In this document: positions 12,346-25,027 of the stretch, in pieces
Layout of the letters: the number at the start of each line of letters is the position of its first letter
Numbering within the stretch: the stretch's first letter is position 1
Assembly: GCA_014905635.1 (NCBI GenBank)
Contig: JABVCE010000012.1
Location: 806,001 to 870,000 of the forward strand
Length of the DNA: 64,000 nucleotides
Direction of reading: 5' to 3'
Source: Scenedesmus sp. PABB004
Lineage: Eukaryota
The notes under the pieces: generated by a model
The model's input: only the letters and a program-made list of their open reading frames with translations
The model's database searches: none
What the model was told of the DNA's origin: nothing
Made by a program: the position numbers and the translations under genes

Positions 12346-13747
12346 TTGGAGCCCGCTGCGTGACCGACGGCCGCGCGCGCCAGCGCCCAGCGCCCAGCCA
12401 GCGCCCAGCCAGCCACCGGCCGCCGCGGCGCTCCCTGGTCGCCGCGCGCCCCGCTCCCGACGGGAGCCTCCCGTGGGCCCGCGCTGCTGCTGCGCGCACA
12501 GCGCGGCGCGGCGGCGCGCGCGCCGGCGCTCCGGCACGAGGTCCGCGGTGCAGGAGCGGCGTGGTGCGCTCCCCAGGGGCGCCGCAGTGCGCCGCAGTGC
12601 GCGCCGCGGCGCCGCGCGCGCCCGCCGCCCGCGGCGTCAGCAGCGGCAGCAGCGGCGGCCGGCGCCCCGCGGTGGCGCGCGCGCGCGAGCGCCGACGGAG
12701 CGCGCCGCGCGCGGCGGCGGTCCGGCTGGGGCCCTCCCCGGTGCCGCCCGGGCGCTCTGGCGCGCGCCGCGGCGCCGGCGCTGCCGCCGCGGCGGTTGCG
12801 CGGGGCGGTTGACCGCAGCGTCACTCACGGCAACCGAACCGCAGTTTGAGCGCGCGCGGCGACAGCTCTGGTGGGGCCGGCCCAGGGGGCCCCCGGGGGG
12901 TCATGCACACCAAAATCGGGGTCGGCGGCGCCGCGCAGCGCGCGCCGGGGGCCGCCGCCGCCGCGCGCGCCGCGCGCGTGCGCCGCGCGCCGCGGGACGC
13001 CGCTCGCGCGGGCCCGCCGGGCCGCGATCGCGGCGCCGCCGGCGCGCAGGCCCCGCCCCGCGCTGGGACGGATTTTTCGGGCGTCGCACCGCCGGCCGCG
13101 GCGGGCCGCGCGCCGCGCGCGGCCGGGCCGCGCCGGCCGCGCGCTGCTGCCGCTGCCGCGCCGCGCCGGCCGCGCCGCGGCCCGGCCGCGTGCCGGACGG
13201 TCGAGAGGCCAGGGTAGGAGCGTGAAGCAGGCCCCGCCAGCGCGCCGCGGGGCCCTGCGGCGCCGGGCGGCGGGGCGGCGGGCGCGGGCGCCCGCCGCGC
13301 CGCGCCGCCGTGGTGCCGGGCGGCGCCGGGGCGCCCCGCCGCGCTGCGCTGTGGGGTCCTCGGAGTCTGCTCCGGCCATCCCGGGGCGCCCCGCGCGCTC
13401 GGGGTCCCGGGGGGCGCGCGAGGGGCGCCGCGCGGGCATCCCCGCCCTGCCCCGGCGGCCTGCTGGCCCGGCGCGCGCCGCGGGGCGCGCTGGGGGTGGA
13501 CCCCGCTCGCCGCGTCCTCCCCGGCGGGCGCCGGTGGCTTTTGGCTGCGTATTTTTCGACTTCCGCGCTCGAGACCCTAAACCTGGGGGGGCGCATTGTT
13601 GCGGGCCGTTTCCCCGCCCTCATAGCCCCCCGCGCGCCCGCCCCCGCCCACCACCGGCACCCCCGCGCCCCGCCGCCCCGCCACCGCCGCCCCCGCCGCC
13701 TCCCGGCGCGCGCCCAGCCGTCAGTCCGCTCGCGAGCAATCGCCACC

Positions 13748-14787
13748 ATGTCTGGCAAGGGCGCCAAGGGCCTGTCGGGCAAGGGTGCCAAGGGCACCAT
13801 GGGGGACAAGAAGGGCGACAAGAAGAAGCCCACCTCCCGCTCCGCGCGCGCGGGGCTGCAGTTCCCCGTGGGTCGTATCCACCGCCTGCTCAAGGTGCGC
13901 GCCGCCCCGCCCGCCCGCCCGCGCCGCCCCCGGGCCCGTCCGGGCCCGCCCCGACCCGCGCTGGCCGCCCGCGGCGCAGAACCGTGTGACGGCCAATGGC
14001 CGCGTCGGCGCCACGGCCGCGGTGTACACTGCCGCCATCCTGGGTGCGCCTGCGGACCGCGGGCGCCCCGCCGGGCGCCCGCGCGGGGCGCGCCGGCCGC
14101 GGCGCGCGCCGTGGGGGGCCCGTTGTTGACATGCGCCCCGCCCCGCCCCGCGCGGCGCGATGCGCAGAGTACCTCACCGCCGAGGTGCTGGAGCTGGCGG
14201 GCAACGCCTCCAAGGACCTCAAGGTCCGCCGCCCGCGCCCTGCCGCGCCGCGCTGGCGCGCGGGGGCGCGGCGCCCGCTTGCCCATCGCCGCGCCCGGCG
14301 CCGCGCCTCACCCGCCCGCGCCCGCCCGCCCCTGGTCCGCGCCCCAGGTGAAGCGCATCACGCCTCGCCACTTGCAGCTGGCCATTCGCGGTGACGAGGA
14401 GCTGGACACGCTCATCAAGGTGCGGAGCGGCCCCGCCTCAACAACGAGCCCCGTGCACCGCCGCACCCGGCCGCCCGCGCCGCCCCGGCCGCACGCGAGC
14501 CTGCGGCGCCCCGGGACCGCCCGCGCCCGCCCCCCGCGGCGCCGCGGCGGCCCCGCGGGCGCGGGCGGGCGGGCGCTGCTTGACCGCGCGCGCGCGGCGC
14601 GGCCGCCGCGCGCCGGCCGCGCGCGGGCCGCCGCCGCCCCGCCCGGCGCCGCCCGGGCACTTTCACACCCCGCGCCGCGCCCCCGCGCCGTGCCGCCGCC
14701 GCCGCCCCGCAGGCGACCATCGCCGGCGGTGGTGTCATCCCGCACATCCACAAGAGCCTCATCAACAAGGGCACCAAGAAGGAGTGA
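13748..14787 (+). CDS. H2A.Z: Histone H2A.Z variant (4 introns)
   Basis: SRSARAGLQFPVGRIHRLLK/NRVTANGRVGATAAVYTAAILE/YLTAEVLELAGNASKDLK/VKRITPRHLQLAIRGDEELDTLIK/ATIAGGGVIPHIHKSLINK. Confidence 0.98.
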
Positions 14788-15509
14788 GCGGCGCACGCCG
14801 CCCGGCCCGCCCCGGACCCCGCCCGGCGTGCCCCGCCGGCCTGACCCTGACGACGACGACAACGACGCGGTGCTGACCGACCCCGACGACGACCGACGCG
14901 CGCGCCCCCGTGCGCGCGCGTGCTTGTGTGGCCTTGTGTGGCCCGCCCGGCGACGGGCGGGCGTGTGCGTGCGCTGCCGCGCCCCGCAGCAGCGGCCCCC
15001 GCGGCGGCGGGGTGCCCGCTGCTGCCGCGCGCGCGGGCGGCGGGCGGGGGCCGGCGCGCTGGGGCGCCGCGCCCGCGCGCCGTCCGCGCGCGCATGACCC
15101 CTAGCATTTACCCCCGCCTGCGTGTGACGCACCGGGCGGGCGACAAGGCATGATGCCCCTTCTCTCCCTGCTGTACCAGTACGCGGGCGCGCCGTTGCCG
15201 ACTGCGCGACAGTTGCCGCGCGCGTGCTGCTGCCGCGGGGCGCCAGTGATTGCCCGGCCGCCGACTGCGGCGGGCGCCGCTGCCACGCGTGCGGGGTGCG
15301 GCGCCCGCCGGGCGCGCCGGGCGCGCGTTTGTGACAACCCCGGTGGGCACGCCCGCGGCCCGCTTGTGCATAGCCCCGAAAAGCCGCGGGGGCCGCGTGT
15401 AAACGTCTCCCCGCGCGCCGACCGCGTTACAGCTTCAGTTTCAGCGCGCAACGCGGCGACAGCTCGCCCGGCAGCGCCGGCGTGGCCGCCGCCCCCGCGC
15501 GTCACTCGG

Positions 15510-16270
15510 CTACTCCGGTCCCTGCTGCTGCTGCCCCTGCTGCTGCTGGCCGCCGCCGCTGTGGCGCATCGGGCACTGCGCCTGGCTGCAGCTCGCCGGC
15601 TCGTACACGCCTCCGCACGCCTCGCACAGCCCGAGCTCGCGCCGCTGCTGCCGCGCGACAAACACGTCCACGTACTGCGCGCCAAAGTAGAACGCGGCCA
15701 TCAGGCCCTGCGCCGCCGGCCGCGTGGCGCGGGGCGCGGCGCTGAGCGCGGCTGGCCAAGCGCCCGCGGCGCCGCACGGCCGCTGGCGTCGCACGCCGCA
15801 CGGCCGCGCGCCCGCGCGCCGCACCCCAAACGCCAGGCCTGCAATCTGGTCCAGCGTCCACACCGGCGGCGCGTCGACGGGGCCCGCGCGGCGCTGCGGC
15901 GCACGCAGCGCGCGGGCGGCGGGCGCGGCGCGGCGCGCCTCCGCGTCAGCGGAGGGCAGGCAGGCCGTGCGCGTGGCCGGGGCGCTGCGGGGCTCGGGCC
16001 AGCGCACCTTGAGCAGCTCCCCCCGCGCCGGCGCCGAGTGCGGGCGCGCCAGCCGCTGCTGCTGCGCCGCCGCTGCCGCGGGCCTGCGGCGCGCGAAGGC
16101 GGGTCGGGGCCTGCCGCGGCGCGGCGCATTCGCATGTTGAGTCGTCCGTCCACCCACCTGGCGGCCGAGCCGGCGCGCTGCGCTGCGCCCGGCGCGGGGA
16201 GCGCTCGGCACCGGCCTGCCGCGCCGCGCCCGCCCCCGAGGGCGCTGCTGGGGGCCGCCGCGCAGCGCAT
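15510..16270 (-). CDS. Small, probably plastid-targeted membrane protein with a C-terminal Cys cluster (3 introns)
   Basis: In-frame splicing gives an Ala/Arg-rich N-terminus, then VWTLDQIAGLAFGGLMAAFYFGAQYVDVFVA, then GLCEACGGVYEPASCSQAQCP; TGTAA on the minus strand about 80 nt downstream. Confidence 0.7.
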
Positions 16271-16546
16271 GGCTGCGCGTGAGCTGCCAAGCTGCGCGAG
16301 GGGAGCACCGGCCTGGGTGGTGCTGCGCGCGCCGCTGCGCCGCCGCCGCTGCAGCTGCCGCTGCTGCTGCCGCGCTCTCCCCGCGCGGGCGGCGCGGCGC
16401 AAATTCGGTGGAGCGTTTTCTCTCCTGAGCCAGCACAACGCCGCCGCCGCCGCCGCCATGGCGCCACGCGCTCGGGCGGCGGCACAGCGCTGCGCCCCGC
16501 GCACCCGCCCCGCCAGCTCCACGGCCGCTGGCCGCGGCCGCCCCTC

Positions 16547-18088
16547 TCACAGCAGCTCCTCCTCCTCCTCCTGCTCCGCGCTCTTGTCGGGGTCGCGGCC
16601 GCCCATGACGGCGCTGACCGCGCGCGCGTGCGCCGCGAGGTCGCCGGCGGGCAGGCGCACCGCGAGCCGGGCGACCTGGTTGTCCAGCGCCTTGAAGCAC
16701 TGCTTGCCCTTGTGGGGGCACGCGACACGGCGGCAGCGGCGCGGGGGCGCGCGCTTGGGTGCCGCGGCCTCGCCGCGAGGGGCGTCGCCCGCGCCGGGCG
16801 GCCGCCGCGCACCTGCACCACGCCGCGCACGCGCTCCGCGTCGCCGGCCGCGTACGCGAGGAAGAGCGCGTCCGCGGCAAACGCCTCCTCGCTCTTGCTG
16901 AACGCCTCGACGCCCAGCACGTCCTGGAAGACCTGCGGGCGGGCGGGCGGGCGGGTGGCGCGCGGGGCGTGGGCGCGGCACGCCAGCGCGCGGGCGGGGG
17001 CGCGGCAACGCTGCGCGCGGCGTGCCGGGCGCGGGCGAGGAGCGGTGGCGCGGCGGCGGGGCGCGCGCCGCGGCGCGGGCGCGGCCGCGCCTGCCAGGCC
17101 TGCCGCGGCTCGCCCGCGTGCAGCCAGACCACGATCGCCCCGAGGTAGGCCTTCGCCTGGCTGCCGCGCGCGCCCGCCGTGTCGCACGCCTGCGCCAGCG
17201 GCGGCCGCGCGCCGCGTCGTGGCCGCCGCGGCGCCCCCGCCTCGCGCCGCGCCGCGCGCCCGCGCCCCGCGGCGCGCGCCGCCGCCGCCGCACCTCGCCG
17301 AAGCGCATGAGTAGCCCCACCGCGTCCTGCCACGCGCACCGCCGCGCCGCGAGCGCGATGGCCTGTCGGAAGACGTCGCCCGCCTGGCCCGCCTTGGCGT
17401 CGCCCTCGTACAGCTCCAGCGCCTCGCCGTACAGCGCCGCCGCGTCGCCCGGCGCCGCGGCCTCGAGCGCCTTGGCGCCGCGCGCGAGCGCGTCGGCGGC
17501 TGCATGCGGCGCGCGACGCAGGCGGCGGGCGCGGCGGCGTCAAGCGGCGGCCAGCGCGCCGCGTGCGCCAGCCGCCAGCCGCCCCGCCAGCTGCCAGCTT
17601 GCCGCGCCGGCTGCCCGCGCCCAGCCCACCTGCGCCGATGCGGCCCGCCTGCGCAAAGAACTGGCCCGCCTGGCGGTAGAAGTCCGCCATGGCCTCGTGC
17701 TGCCCCAGCGACGCGCTGAGCGCGCCGCACGTCTCCAGGTGCTTGGCGGCGTGCCAGACGCTGCCGATCTTCTCCTGGGACTGCGCGGCCTTCTCAAAGG
17801 CGGCGCGCGCCTTCTCCAGCTGCCCCACTTGCTGCGCGCGCGGCGCGCGGGCGCGGCGGCGGGCGGCGGCGGTTGCGCGCGGCGCCCGGGCCGCCGCCGA
17901 GCTGGCGCGCACCCCGCTGGCGTGCCTCCCACCTTGTACAGCGTGCCGGCTTGCTCAAACAGCGGCGCCGCGGCCTCCCAGTCGGGCTTCAGCCGGAACT
18001 CGAGCAGCGAGGCCTGCCAGAAGCGGCCGGCCTTCTGCATGAGCTTGTCCGCCTGCAGCTGCTTGGCGCCCATGTCGGCGGACGCCAT
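16547..18088 (-). CDS. Gamma-soluble NSF attachment protein (gamma-SNAP)
   Basis: ADKLMQKAGRFWQASLLEFRLKPDWEAAAPLFEQAG; WHAAKHLE; QAKAYLGAIVVWLH; acidic C-terminus EEEEELL. Confidence 0.88.
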
Positions 18089-18385
18089 GGCCGCCCCCGG
18101 CCGGCCTGGCGCGGGCCGGCGAGCTGTCGGCGCTGCGCGGCGCTGCGAAGAGGACGCGGCGCTGCTGTCGTCGGCGCGCGGGCGCAGTCGGCGGCGGGCT
18201 GCGCGGGCAGGAGGAGGATGTTGGCGCGTGTGTGGCGGGAAGCAGGCATCGCGGGCTGCGGCAGGGGGCGCGCGGGCATAGCGCGGTTGCACGCCGCGCC
18301 TGCACCCTGCACCCCGCGCCGCCAGGGCTGGCCCGCCCCGCCTTAGTGTACACTGCGCAGCCGCCGCCGCGCGCCGGCGCGCCGC

Positions 18386-19292
18386 TCAGGGCGTGACGAC
18401 CTGCACGAGCCGCCAGTCGGCGTCGGGCGCCGTCACGTCCTCCCAGCCGCCGCCGCCGGCCTCGAACAGCGCCGCGCTCGCGGTGCCAAGGCGCACCGCC
18501 TGGCGCGCAAACGCCGACGCGGCCTCCTCCCAGCCCTTGTTGTGCCCGACGCACATCACGCAGAACGTCTTGGCGTCGCACGCGACCGCGCGGATCGTCT
18601 CCTCGAGGTGGTGCTTCGTCTGGCCGTCGAGCGCGGCGACGGTGTACAGGCTGCCCAGGTAGTGCGCGTCCACGGCGCCCAGCGGCGGCGCCGCCTCGGC
18701 CATCGCGTCGAGCGTCTGCTTCGTGCGCCTGGAGTTGCTCGCAATGATGAGGTCGGGCACCCACCCCAGCTCGCACAGGCGGCGCGCGATCGTGCTCGCC
18801 TCGCGCCGGCCCTGCGCGGCGCGCGCAGCGGTTGCGCGGGCGCGTCGCGGCGGCGTCGCGGCGGCGCCACGGCGGCGGGCGCGCAGGGAGCTCGCGGGCG
18901 TGGCCACGCGCGTGGCCGCGCGCGCGCCTGCATGCTGATGGGGCGCTCGTAGTCGCGCAGGTTGCTCGACGCCTCGCTGTCCGCGTGGCGCAGCAGGATC
19001 ATGCGCCGCCGCGCGCCGCCGCCGCCGCCGCCGCCGCCCCCGGGCGCGGGCCGTCCGCGGCGGTGGCGGGGGTCGCCGCGCTCGCGGCGACGGCCGTCGC
19101 CGCGAGCGCCGCGCCGCGCGGCGCGCGCCGCCGCTGCTGCGGCGGCGCCGGCTGCTGCCCCAGCTCCCGCTGCGGCCCCGGCTCCGGCTGCTGCTGCGCG
19201 GGGCGCTGGGCCGTCTGCGCCGCGCGCGCCACCGGCTGCCGAGCGCCACCGCCGCCGGGCGCGCGCGCGGCGCGCGGCGCCGCCGCCCGCAT
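18386..19292 (-). CDS. SixA-like histidine phosphatase (phosphoglycerate mutase superfamily) with a transit-peptide-like N-terminus; apparent 1-nt frameshift at about 19040
   Basis: MILLRHADS...DYERPISMQ/GRREA...PDLIIASNSRRTKQT...VMCVGHNKGWEEAAS. Confidence 0.85.
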
Positions 19293-19909
19293 CGCTGTCC
19301 TCCGCCGCGCCGCCGCCGCGCGCCCGGTCGGGCGGGCGTTCCCGGATGGGCGGCAGGCGATCTCTCTCTAGCGCTGGGAGCGGGCGCTGGGCGCGCTGGG
19401 GGCGGGGCTGGGCCCAGGGGGCCGGGGCGAGAGGGATGGGAGCAGCAGTCCGCGGCTGCTGTGCAGCAGCAGGGCGGGCGAGCCCTGGTCGCGAGCGGAT
19501 CGATGCCGTGGGCGCAGACTGCACCGCCGGCGGGCGAGAGCGGCACGCGCTGAGCGCCGCGGGCTCAGAGCTTGTGCCTCGGGCCGCCCGGTCAGCCCCG
19601 GCGATCCGCGTGCTGGTCACCAGTCTGCTACGACACGAGCGCCCCAGCCCAAAGCCTCACCCGCAGCGCGAGCGCCCGCCTGGCTGCATCGCTTAGCCCG
19701 GCGCGCGAGAGCGGCGCCTTGTGAAGGCGAGGCGGGACCCGGACGGGAGCCTGCTGCGCCCTCCCGACCGGCAGGGCCGGCCAGCGCTGCGGTGCGCCGC
19801 TGGTGCGGCAGCAGCAGCATCTGCTGAGTTGGCGTGGAGAGACGATGTGAACGGCGCCCTCCCGCTGCTCCAGGGCGCCAGGGTGGCGCCCTAGGCCGCC
19901 GCGGGCGCC

Positions 19910-22840
19910 ATGCTGCGCTGCGCGGGCGGCGCAGCGGGCCTCGCGGCCGCGCTCCGCGCCGCCGCCGCTGCTGCCGCGGGCGGGCGCTGCCTGGGCGCGG
20001 GCGGCGGCGCGGCTGAGGCGGCACGGCGGCCGGCGGGGCGCCGTGGCGGCGCCGCGGCGGGCGACGGCCCGCCGGCGCCCGGCCCGTGGGCGTGGGGCGC
20101 GCTGCCCCCGCTCGCGCGCTGCCTGTCCGGCAGCCCGCCGTGGCGCGGCCCGCCGCGGCACGGCGCGCCGCCGCAGCAGCAGGCACAGCAGCAGCAGCAG
20201 GGCGCGGCGCAGCAGCAGCCGGCGCAGCAGCAGCTGGCGCACCCGGCGCAGCGCCCCCGCAGCGGCGGCGGCGGGGACGGCAGCCGGGCACAGCCGCCCG
20301 GCGCCGGCCCCGGAGGCAGCCCTGGCAGCGCCGGCGTGCGCGGGCGGAGCAGCAGCAGCAGCAGCAGCAGCGGCGGCAGCAGCAGCAGCAGCGGCGGCGC
20401 CGCCGGCGGGCGGGGCGGCAGCGGCAGCGGCAGCGCCGGCCGCAACGGCAGCAGCGGCAGCAGCGGCGGCGGCGTCAGCGCTGCCGCCGTCGCGGCGTCG
20501 CTGGGCGGCGGCGGCGGCGGGCTGTACCGCATCGTGCAGTACAACCGCGGCAACCAGATAACGCTCAGCGTCGGCGGCCACGCGCCGGGCGGCTACACGC
20601 TGCAGCGCCGCCGCGAGGCCGCGAGCTCGGCCGACTTTGTCGCGACGCGCGGCGGCGGCGGCGGCGACGCGCCCGACGCTGGCGGCGGCCGCGGCGCGGG
20701 GCGCTTCGGCGCCGCGCCGCCGCGCGCGGGCCTGCTCGCGTCGCTGCTCGCGCGGCCCGCGCGGCGCGCGCGCAAGGCGCTGCAGGCGACCTTCCTGCCC
20801 GCCGGCTACCCGGGCAGCGTGGGGTCCAACTACCTGTCGTACACCCTCTGGCAGGCGGCGACCAACTTTGCGACGACCGCCAACGGCGTGCTCGCGAGCA
20901 CCTTCCTGCTCTACAGCGTCGGCCTCGGCGCGGGCGCGATCCCGACCGCGGGCGCGCTCAACTGGGTGCTCAAGGACGGCCTCGGCCAGATGGGCACGCT
21001 GCTGTTCGGCAAGGCGATCGCGCACAACTTTGACATCCACAGCAAGACGTGGTACTTCATGTCGTTCGTGCTGCTCTCCACCGCGACGGGTGCGGCGGCG
21101 GCGCGCGCGCGCGGGCTCGTGCTGCGGGCGGCACTTGTGCTGCGGGCGGCGGCCTCGCGGGAGCGTCGCGGGGCGTGCTGAGCGGCGGCGGCGGCCGCGC
21201 GCAGGGCTGGAGATCGCGACCATCCTGGTGCCGCAGTGGTTCCTCGTGCTGGGCAGCTGCGCCAACATGGTCAAGGGCCTGAGCTGGATGGCCGGCGGCT
21301 CCACGCGCTCCGTGTTCAACCTCAGCTTCGTGCGCGACAACAACATCGCGGGTGCGCGGGCCGCGCCAGCGGCGGCGGCGCGGCCAGCGGCAGCGCGGCC
21401 AGCAGCGGCAGCGGGCGGCGGCGGCAGTGGGCGGCAGTGGCGCCCGCGCGCCCCGCGCGCCCGGCCCCGCGCGCCCGACCCCGCGCCGCGCGCCCCGCCG
21501 CCGCCGCTTGCGCGCGCGCGCGCAGACATCACGGCCAAGAACACGAGCCAGTACATCTTTGCCAGCCTCTTTGGCACCGCCGCGGGCGTGAGCGTGTGCG
21601 CGTACGTGGGGCAGAGCCCCGGCGCCGCGCTCGCCTGCTTCGCCGCGCTCGCCGGCGGCAGCATGTACGCCGCGCACCGCACGGTCAAGGCCATCCCGCT
21701 GCCGACGCTCAACTCGACGCGCCTGCAGCTGCTCGCCGCGCGGTGCGCGCTGGTCGCGGCGCGGCGCGGCGCGGCGCACGAGCGCACGCGCGCCAACCGC
21801 CGACGCACGCGCGCCGCGCTGGCGCGCCCCGTGACCAGCGCCCCCTGACCGCCGCCGCCCGCGCGGCCGCCGCTGCGCCGCCACCTGCCCAGGTACCTCA
21901 AGTGCATCCGCGCGAGCTCGCTGCTCGGCTACGGCAGCGGCGCGGCGCAGGGGTACGCCAACAGCTACCAGCGCCAGTACGGGGTGCCGGAGGAGGAGGA
22001 CGACACGTGCGAGCTGCAGCTGCCCAGCCCGCTCGACCTCGCCGCGCAGGTGGGGGGAGGGGCAGGAAGGGGCCTGCAGCCCGCGCTGCCGCACGGGCGC
22101 GCGCCCGCGCGGCCTGCGCAGGACCCGCCGAGCCGCTTGCGCCGCGCGTTCCGCGTCGGCGCGCGCAGGACCCGCCGCTGCCGTGGCTGACCGCGGACCG
22201 GCGCATCCTCAACCCCGCCATCCACGTGGGCAGCCAGCTCGACAAGCTCGTCCAGGGTGCGCCCCCGCCCCCGCGCGCCCCGCCCCGCCCGGACCGCGCC
22301 GGCTCGGGCGGCCGCTCGCCGCCGCGCGCTCTCAGCCGTCCTCCGCGCCCGCCGCGCGCCGCCCCGCGCACGCGCGCGCTTACAGGCCGGCCGGCGCTGC
22401 TGGTCGTCGTGCTGGCCACGTTCCGCTACAGCCGCTACCTGCTCGTACCCGACCGCAACGCCATCCACATGGTGCTGCACGCCGAGGCCGCGCCGCGCGA
22501 CATGGTGCAGGCTTACCTGCAGGCACGACCCCGCCCACGCCGCACGCCACTGCCGCGCCGCCGCCGCGCGCGCCGCACCCGCGCCCGCCCTCACCGCCCC
22601 CACCTGCCCCCTCCCGTGCCCTCCCTCTCCCGCCCGCGCCAGGCGTGCATCCTGCGCAAGTGCCTCAAGGCGGGCGTGCCGCTCTCGACCGCCAACCTAC
22701 CCGAGCTGCGCATAATCCTGCACGACACGCTGCTCGCGGCGGAGAACCTCACGCCGCCCTTCATGCGCGCGCTGGCGCGGCAGGGCTGGCAGACCGAGAA
22801 GATCGTGGTCGAGGCGCACCGCCGCCGCGCGCGCTGGTGA
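19910..22840 (+). CDS. RUS (root UV-B sensitive)/DUF647 family protein
   Basis: FLPAGYPGSVGSNYLSYTLWQ...LLYSVGLGAGAIPTAGALNWVLKDGLGQMG; NIADITAKNTSQ; PLPTLNSTRL; FMRALARQGWQTEK. Confidence 0.9.
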
Positions 22841-23331
22841 CTGGCGTGTGTGCGTGTGCGGGTGACGGCGCGGCGCGTGTGCGGCCCGCACACGCCGGTG
22901 CTCGGTGCGACGGGGCAGGGGGCGGGGGGGGGGGGGAGAAGAGTGCGAGCTGGCGGGTGGGAGGTGGGATGGGTGAGGGGAGCGGGGCTTTGCGCGACGC
23001 GCGCCGCGCGCGCCCGCGCTGTACAACAGTGCTGCCACACAGCATGAGCTCCCGGCGCATGGCCGGCGCCGCCCGCTGCGGCCGGCCCAATTTTCCCGCG
23101 CCCCTGCTGTCCGCGTTGTGCGGTCGTCGACGTGCGTGTGGGGGAGGCGTCATCCAGCGACGCGGGGTTTTTGACCGCGCGCGTGTAAAGCCCGTGAGCC
23201 CCGGCAGAGCGTCAGTGAGCAGGGCACGGCGCAGGCTCGATCAAGCGAAGCCCGCGACAAGTCTTCGCCCGCCGCTGCCGCCGGTGCCGCCGCCGGCCGG
23301 CGCTCGCTCGCGTTGCGTTGCGTCGGGGGCC

Positions 23332-24578
23332 ATGACGCACCCAGCAGCGTGCTTATTGAGACGCGGCGGCGCTGCTCCGCAGCAGCAGCAGCAGCAGCCG
23401 CTGGCGCGTGCCGCGGCGGCGCGTGCCGCAGCGCCTCCGCTGCGCGCGCAGCAGCAGCTTTTCGCTCGCCCGCGACCCCGTCCGCGCTGCCGAGCCGCTG
23501 GAGAGGGCGGGGCGGCTGACGGCAACGCCGCAGCGCCCGGCCAGCCCGCGGCGGCGGCGCTGCCGGGCGCGCGGCAGCAGCAGGCGCCGCTGCCGGGCGA
23601 GCAGCAGGCGCAGCAGGCGCAGCAGCAGGCGCAGCAGGCGCAGGCCGCGCCCACCGACAGGTGGGCGGCGCAGCTGGCGGTCGGGCACACGCTGTCGAGC
23701 CTCTACTCCAACGAGGAGGAGGTCGCCGCTGCGATCCCGCAGCTCGACCACGCCGCGCGGCGCCGCGCGCGCGAGCTGCGGGAGATGGTCGAGGCCGGCG
23801 CCAAGCAGGGCGTGTCGCGCGAGGTGCGGGGCCGCCCCCGCATGCGCCGCGCTGCGCGCACCGCCGCGCGGCGCCCAGCCCCGGCGCGCGCTGCCCGCCG
23901 CAGGCGATCGAGTCGGCCCTGGCCAAGCTGTCGACGCTCGTGCCCGGCCTGGAGCCCAACCTGGATCAGATGCGGGCGAGCGACTGGGTGCGCGGCGGCG
24001 CGCCGCGCGGCTCGCCGTGCGCGGCGCTGTGCGCTGTGCGGCGCGCCGCCACCGACGCGCGCGCCCCGCGCCCGCGCTGCTGCCGCCGAGCACAGGCCAA
24101 GGTGCTGCGCGACGTCGACCGCGTGGTGGCTGTCGCGATTGCGATCAGGGCGGCGTTCCCGCGCGCCGACGTGGGCGCGCTGCTACGCCGCTCGCCGAAG
24201 GTGCTGCTTCGGCCGGCCGAGGCGGTCGCGGCGGACGCGCGCGAGGTGCGCGGCGCGGCACCGGCGGCGGCTGCGGCGCGGCCCGCGCGCCGCGGCGGCG
24301 CGGCCCGCGCGTGGCGGCGCGCGACGCCGCGCGCCGCGGCGCCGCAGGTCAGGGCCATGCTGTCGCGGCTGGACGACCCGGACGCGGTGCTTGACGCCGT
24401 GCCGGCGCTTCTCAGCCCCGCCGCGCTGGCGAGCAGCCTCGCCGCGCTCGCGGCGGCGTTCCCCGCCCAGGACGTGTGGGAGCTGCTCGCGAAAAACCCG
24501 GCGCTGCTCGCCAGCCTCGGCGGCGAGGTCACCACGGACGCGGACCCCGAAGTCGGTGAGATGACGACGGCGGGCTGA
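23332..24578 (+). CDS. Uncharacterised, probably organelle-targeted helical-repeat protein (mTERF-like motifs)
   Basis: Four exons joined by GT-AG; two repeats AAFPRADVGALLRRSPKVLL and AAFPAQDVWELLAKNPALL. Confidence 0.7.
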
Positions 24579-25027
24579 GGTGGGACGCAGACGCAGGACG
24601 GGGGACCAGCGCGGTCGGGACGCGCGCCGCTGTGTGCCGCGCACGCTGCCTCCTGAGCGCGCGCCCTCCGCCCCCTGCCGGCCGGCCACCATCACCAGGG
24701 GAGGACGTGAACAGCAACTTCTGACGCCCATGTCTGGCGGCGGCTGGCAAACACCCGCGGCGGGCGAGGCCGGCGGGCGTCGTTGGGGTGCAGCGGCGGC
24801 GGCGCGCGTTCAAAACGACCCTGCGCCCCCCCTTGCCAGCCGCTCGCGCGCTCGCCTCCCGCATCGCGTGCCGCGTCATCGCAGCGGTCGCCTGGTCAGG
24901 GCAGCCGCGCAAACAGCCCGCATCGCAACAGCACCCCCGCCCGCCACACGCGCCTGGGACGCGAGGGGCGCCATGGCCGCGCACACGGCCGTATCTCACT
25001 AATTGGCGCCGCTGACGCTCGCCCGCC

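Noticed and set aside
12180..13740. Possible gene between MRG and H2A.Z
   Set aside because: No coding-like exons or motifs found; treated as UTR and promoter sequence
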